DNA from: Eledone cirrhosa | Lineage: Eukaryota | Direction of reading: 5' to 3' | Assembly: GCA_964016885.1 (NCBI GenBank) | Contig: OZ024751.1 | Span: forward strand, 12,338,001-12,402,000 | Length of the DNA: 64,000 nucleotides | Part shown: one piece after another, positions 61,397-64,000 of the stretch | How the letters are laid out: each line of letters starts with the position of its first letter | How positions within the stretch are numbered: position 1 is the stretch's first letter | Notes under the pieces: model-generated | What the model was told of the DNA's origin: nothing | Seen by the model: only the letters and a program-made list of their open reading frames with translations | The model's database searches: none | Position numbers and translations under genes: made by a program

Positions 61397-61899
61397 TCTT
61401 AGTCTTAGATTCTTCCGCGCCATTCGGCGCATCGATCAGTAAGCGGTCGCCAACGGTCACGATCAACGGCATAATTTTCGAGACCGTGTCAGGTGATGCT
61501 GGCTGCCATCAGGTCCTTCCGGAACGTTCGTCGCCAGGTGATCCTTGGGCAACCTCGCCTCCGTTTACCGCCAGGCGGAGTCTAGTTCATCTCTGTTTTC
61601 GAATGCCGTTCATTTGGCAGACGCAGAATATGGCGGCCAGCCAGACGGCACCGACGCTCCGTGACCACTCTCTGTAGCGTCCACGACTCGGCTCTCCGCA
61701 GGATCTCCTCGTTTCGCACTCGGTCGCGCCAGGACACACGAAGGATCTTTCGCAGGCACCGCTGGTGGAATGCGTTTAGCCGTCTCTCTATTTTTGCCGT
61801 ACTCTTCCAGGTCTCGTTCGCATAAAGCACTGTTGGCAGCACGATGCTCTTGTACAGGCGGAGCTTGATCTTGGTGCTAATGCATGAAGACGACCAGAC

Positions 61900-61902
<3 letters not shown>
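61397..61902 (-). mobile_element. RTE-clade LINE 3' fragment (pseudogenised)
   Basis: [25 protein letters not shown]...LNAFHQRCLRKILRVSWRDRVRNEEIL...HILRLP...*TPPGGKRRRG. Contains an internal stop and a (CTAAGA)-type tail. Confidence 0.92.
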
Positions 61903-61948
<46 letters not shown>

Positions 61949-61978
61949 ACATACATACATACATATATACATATATCC

Positions 61979-62050
<72 letters not shown>

Positions 62051-63377
62051 GTGTGTGTGTATGTATGTATGTGTATGATCTATATATGATATATGTATAT
62101 ATGTATATGTATGTATGTGTATAATATATATATATATGTATGTATATATGTATGTGTATAATATATATATATATGTATATATATATAAGTATATATATAA
62201 GAATATATAGAAGTATATCTATATAAGTACGTATATATAAATGTATATATATATAAGCATATATATAAGAATATATATAAGTATATATATAAGTACATAT
62301 ATATATATATGTATATATATATAAGTATATATATAAGTATATATATAAGTATATATATATAAGTATATATATAAGTATATATATAAGTATATATATATAA
62401 GTACATATATAAGTATATATATATAAGTACATATATATACGTTCATGTTTGTTCATATTCCAGTTATGAGTAAACGAAACATAACCATGACATGAGACCT
62501 CCCACTTGACCGATACCCTGCACCTCTTGAGCCCCATCAATTAAAACTTCAAGAGGGACACTATAACATCCTTTAAATTTCACTGTAGAACTTAACCCAG
62601 GCGACCCACAAACGGATTTTAAAACATTTTACGTGAAAATCTCAAATAATATACGCCATATGATTTGAGCCTCTATTCGAGTTCTCCTGTTGATTTGATC
62701 AACGAAACATACTTAGTTACATACTTAGTTAAAACGTGCAAGTGACTGAATGTGTATTCCATAGACACATGCTCTCTTAACGGACTTCTAAGGGTGATTC
62801 AGAGTAACACACGACAAGACTACTGACCCTTAGTATTACAAAGTCATCTGATATGTGGTGACCTTCTATCGGTTCCGATGACGACTATTCCAATTGTTGC
62901 AATACTGGAACAACCTACTAGTTAAACTGATGCGCAAGCGTTTGAGTTAATTTGCCAAAGGCGGATGAAAACACGTCGTGTTTCTCAGGAAGATTCAGTA
63001 TAATACAATGTGAAACAAAACTGGCCGTTTGGGTTACATGTGCGATATATATCGTCTTTCTAATGTTATCCAACGAAAGAGCCAAGATAAACCAGATGTA
63101 AAGATATGTTGCTGGAAAAGCACACTGCTGATACATTTAGAGCAGATGAAAATCTAAGAGTACCAGGACGAGATTTGAACACAGGAATAAGGAAGCAATA
63201 ATCAACGCTTTAGAGACTCTGTCAAATCGACCGCCAGATGTTTAGTTACATACATATACGTATATTAAACGCCAAATTTCTAATTATCTTATATTCAACA
63301 TCAATATTTCAGCAGAATCTATTCAACGAAGTAAAAGGAAAATTCTACCTCACAATTACATACATAAATACGTTAGA

Positions 63378-63468
<91 letters not shown>

Positions 63469-63727
63469 CCACACTCATACATACACATACAAACACAGAA
63501 ACGCTGGTACAGATAGCCGTAAGCAGACTCACTCCCACTAACACAGACACAATAACACAGACGCCCCCCCCCCCCTGACGCACACACACACACACACACA
63601 TACATACATACATATATATATACAGACAGACACAGCCAGACTCACTCACACTAACACAGACACAATAAAACATGCATACATAGATACATACATACATAGA
63701 TACATACATACATAATACATACATACA

Positions 63728-63760
<33 letters not shown>

Positions 63761-64000
63761 TCATACATATATACTGACAGACAGACACAGCCAGACTCAC
63801 TCACACTAACACAGACACAATTAAACACGCATACATAGATACATACATACATACATACATACATACATACATACAAACATACATACATACATACATACAT
63901 ACATACATACATACATACATACATACATACATACATACATACATACTGACAGGCAGAGGCAGACTCACTCTCACTGACACAGACACAATAAAACACACAC

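Overview
A very AT-rich eukaryotic window dominated by (TA)n, (CA)n, (CT)n, (CAGC)n and (ACT/ACC)n microsatellites. The repeat landscape looks like an octopod cephalopod genome, but that is inference only. Nearly all listed ORFs (poly-IY, -HT, -CV, -L) are microsatellite artefacts, and no intact host protein-coding gene can be supported. Supported features: an intact tRNA-Leu(TAG) with a decayed paralog 1 kb away, a non-autonomous Helitron, two groups of tRNA-derived SINEs, and remnants of RTE, R4-like, CRE-like, Penelope-like and Tigger-like elements. The main signal missed by the ORF track is about 20 type I hammerhead ribozyme (HHR) motifs, intact or decayed, in short elements within (TA)n tracts, many as fold-back inverted repeats. 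These include a tandem array of 418/430-bp units each carrying an HHR (retrozyme-like, 14.7-16.1 kb) and three HHRs from two families with a compensatory U3:A8 core. All folds were done by eye; activity is untested and element boundaries are approximate.
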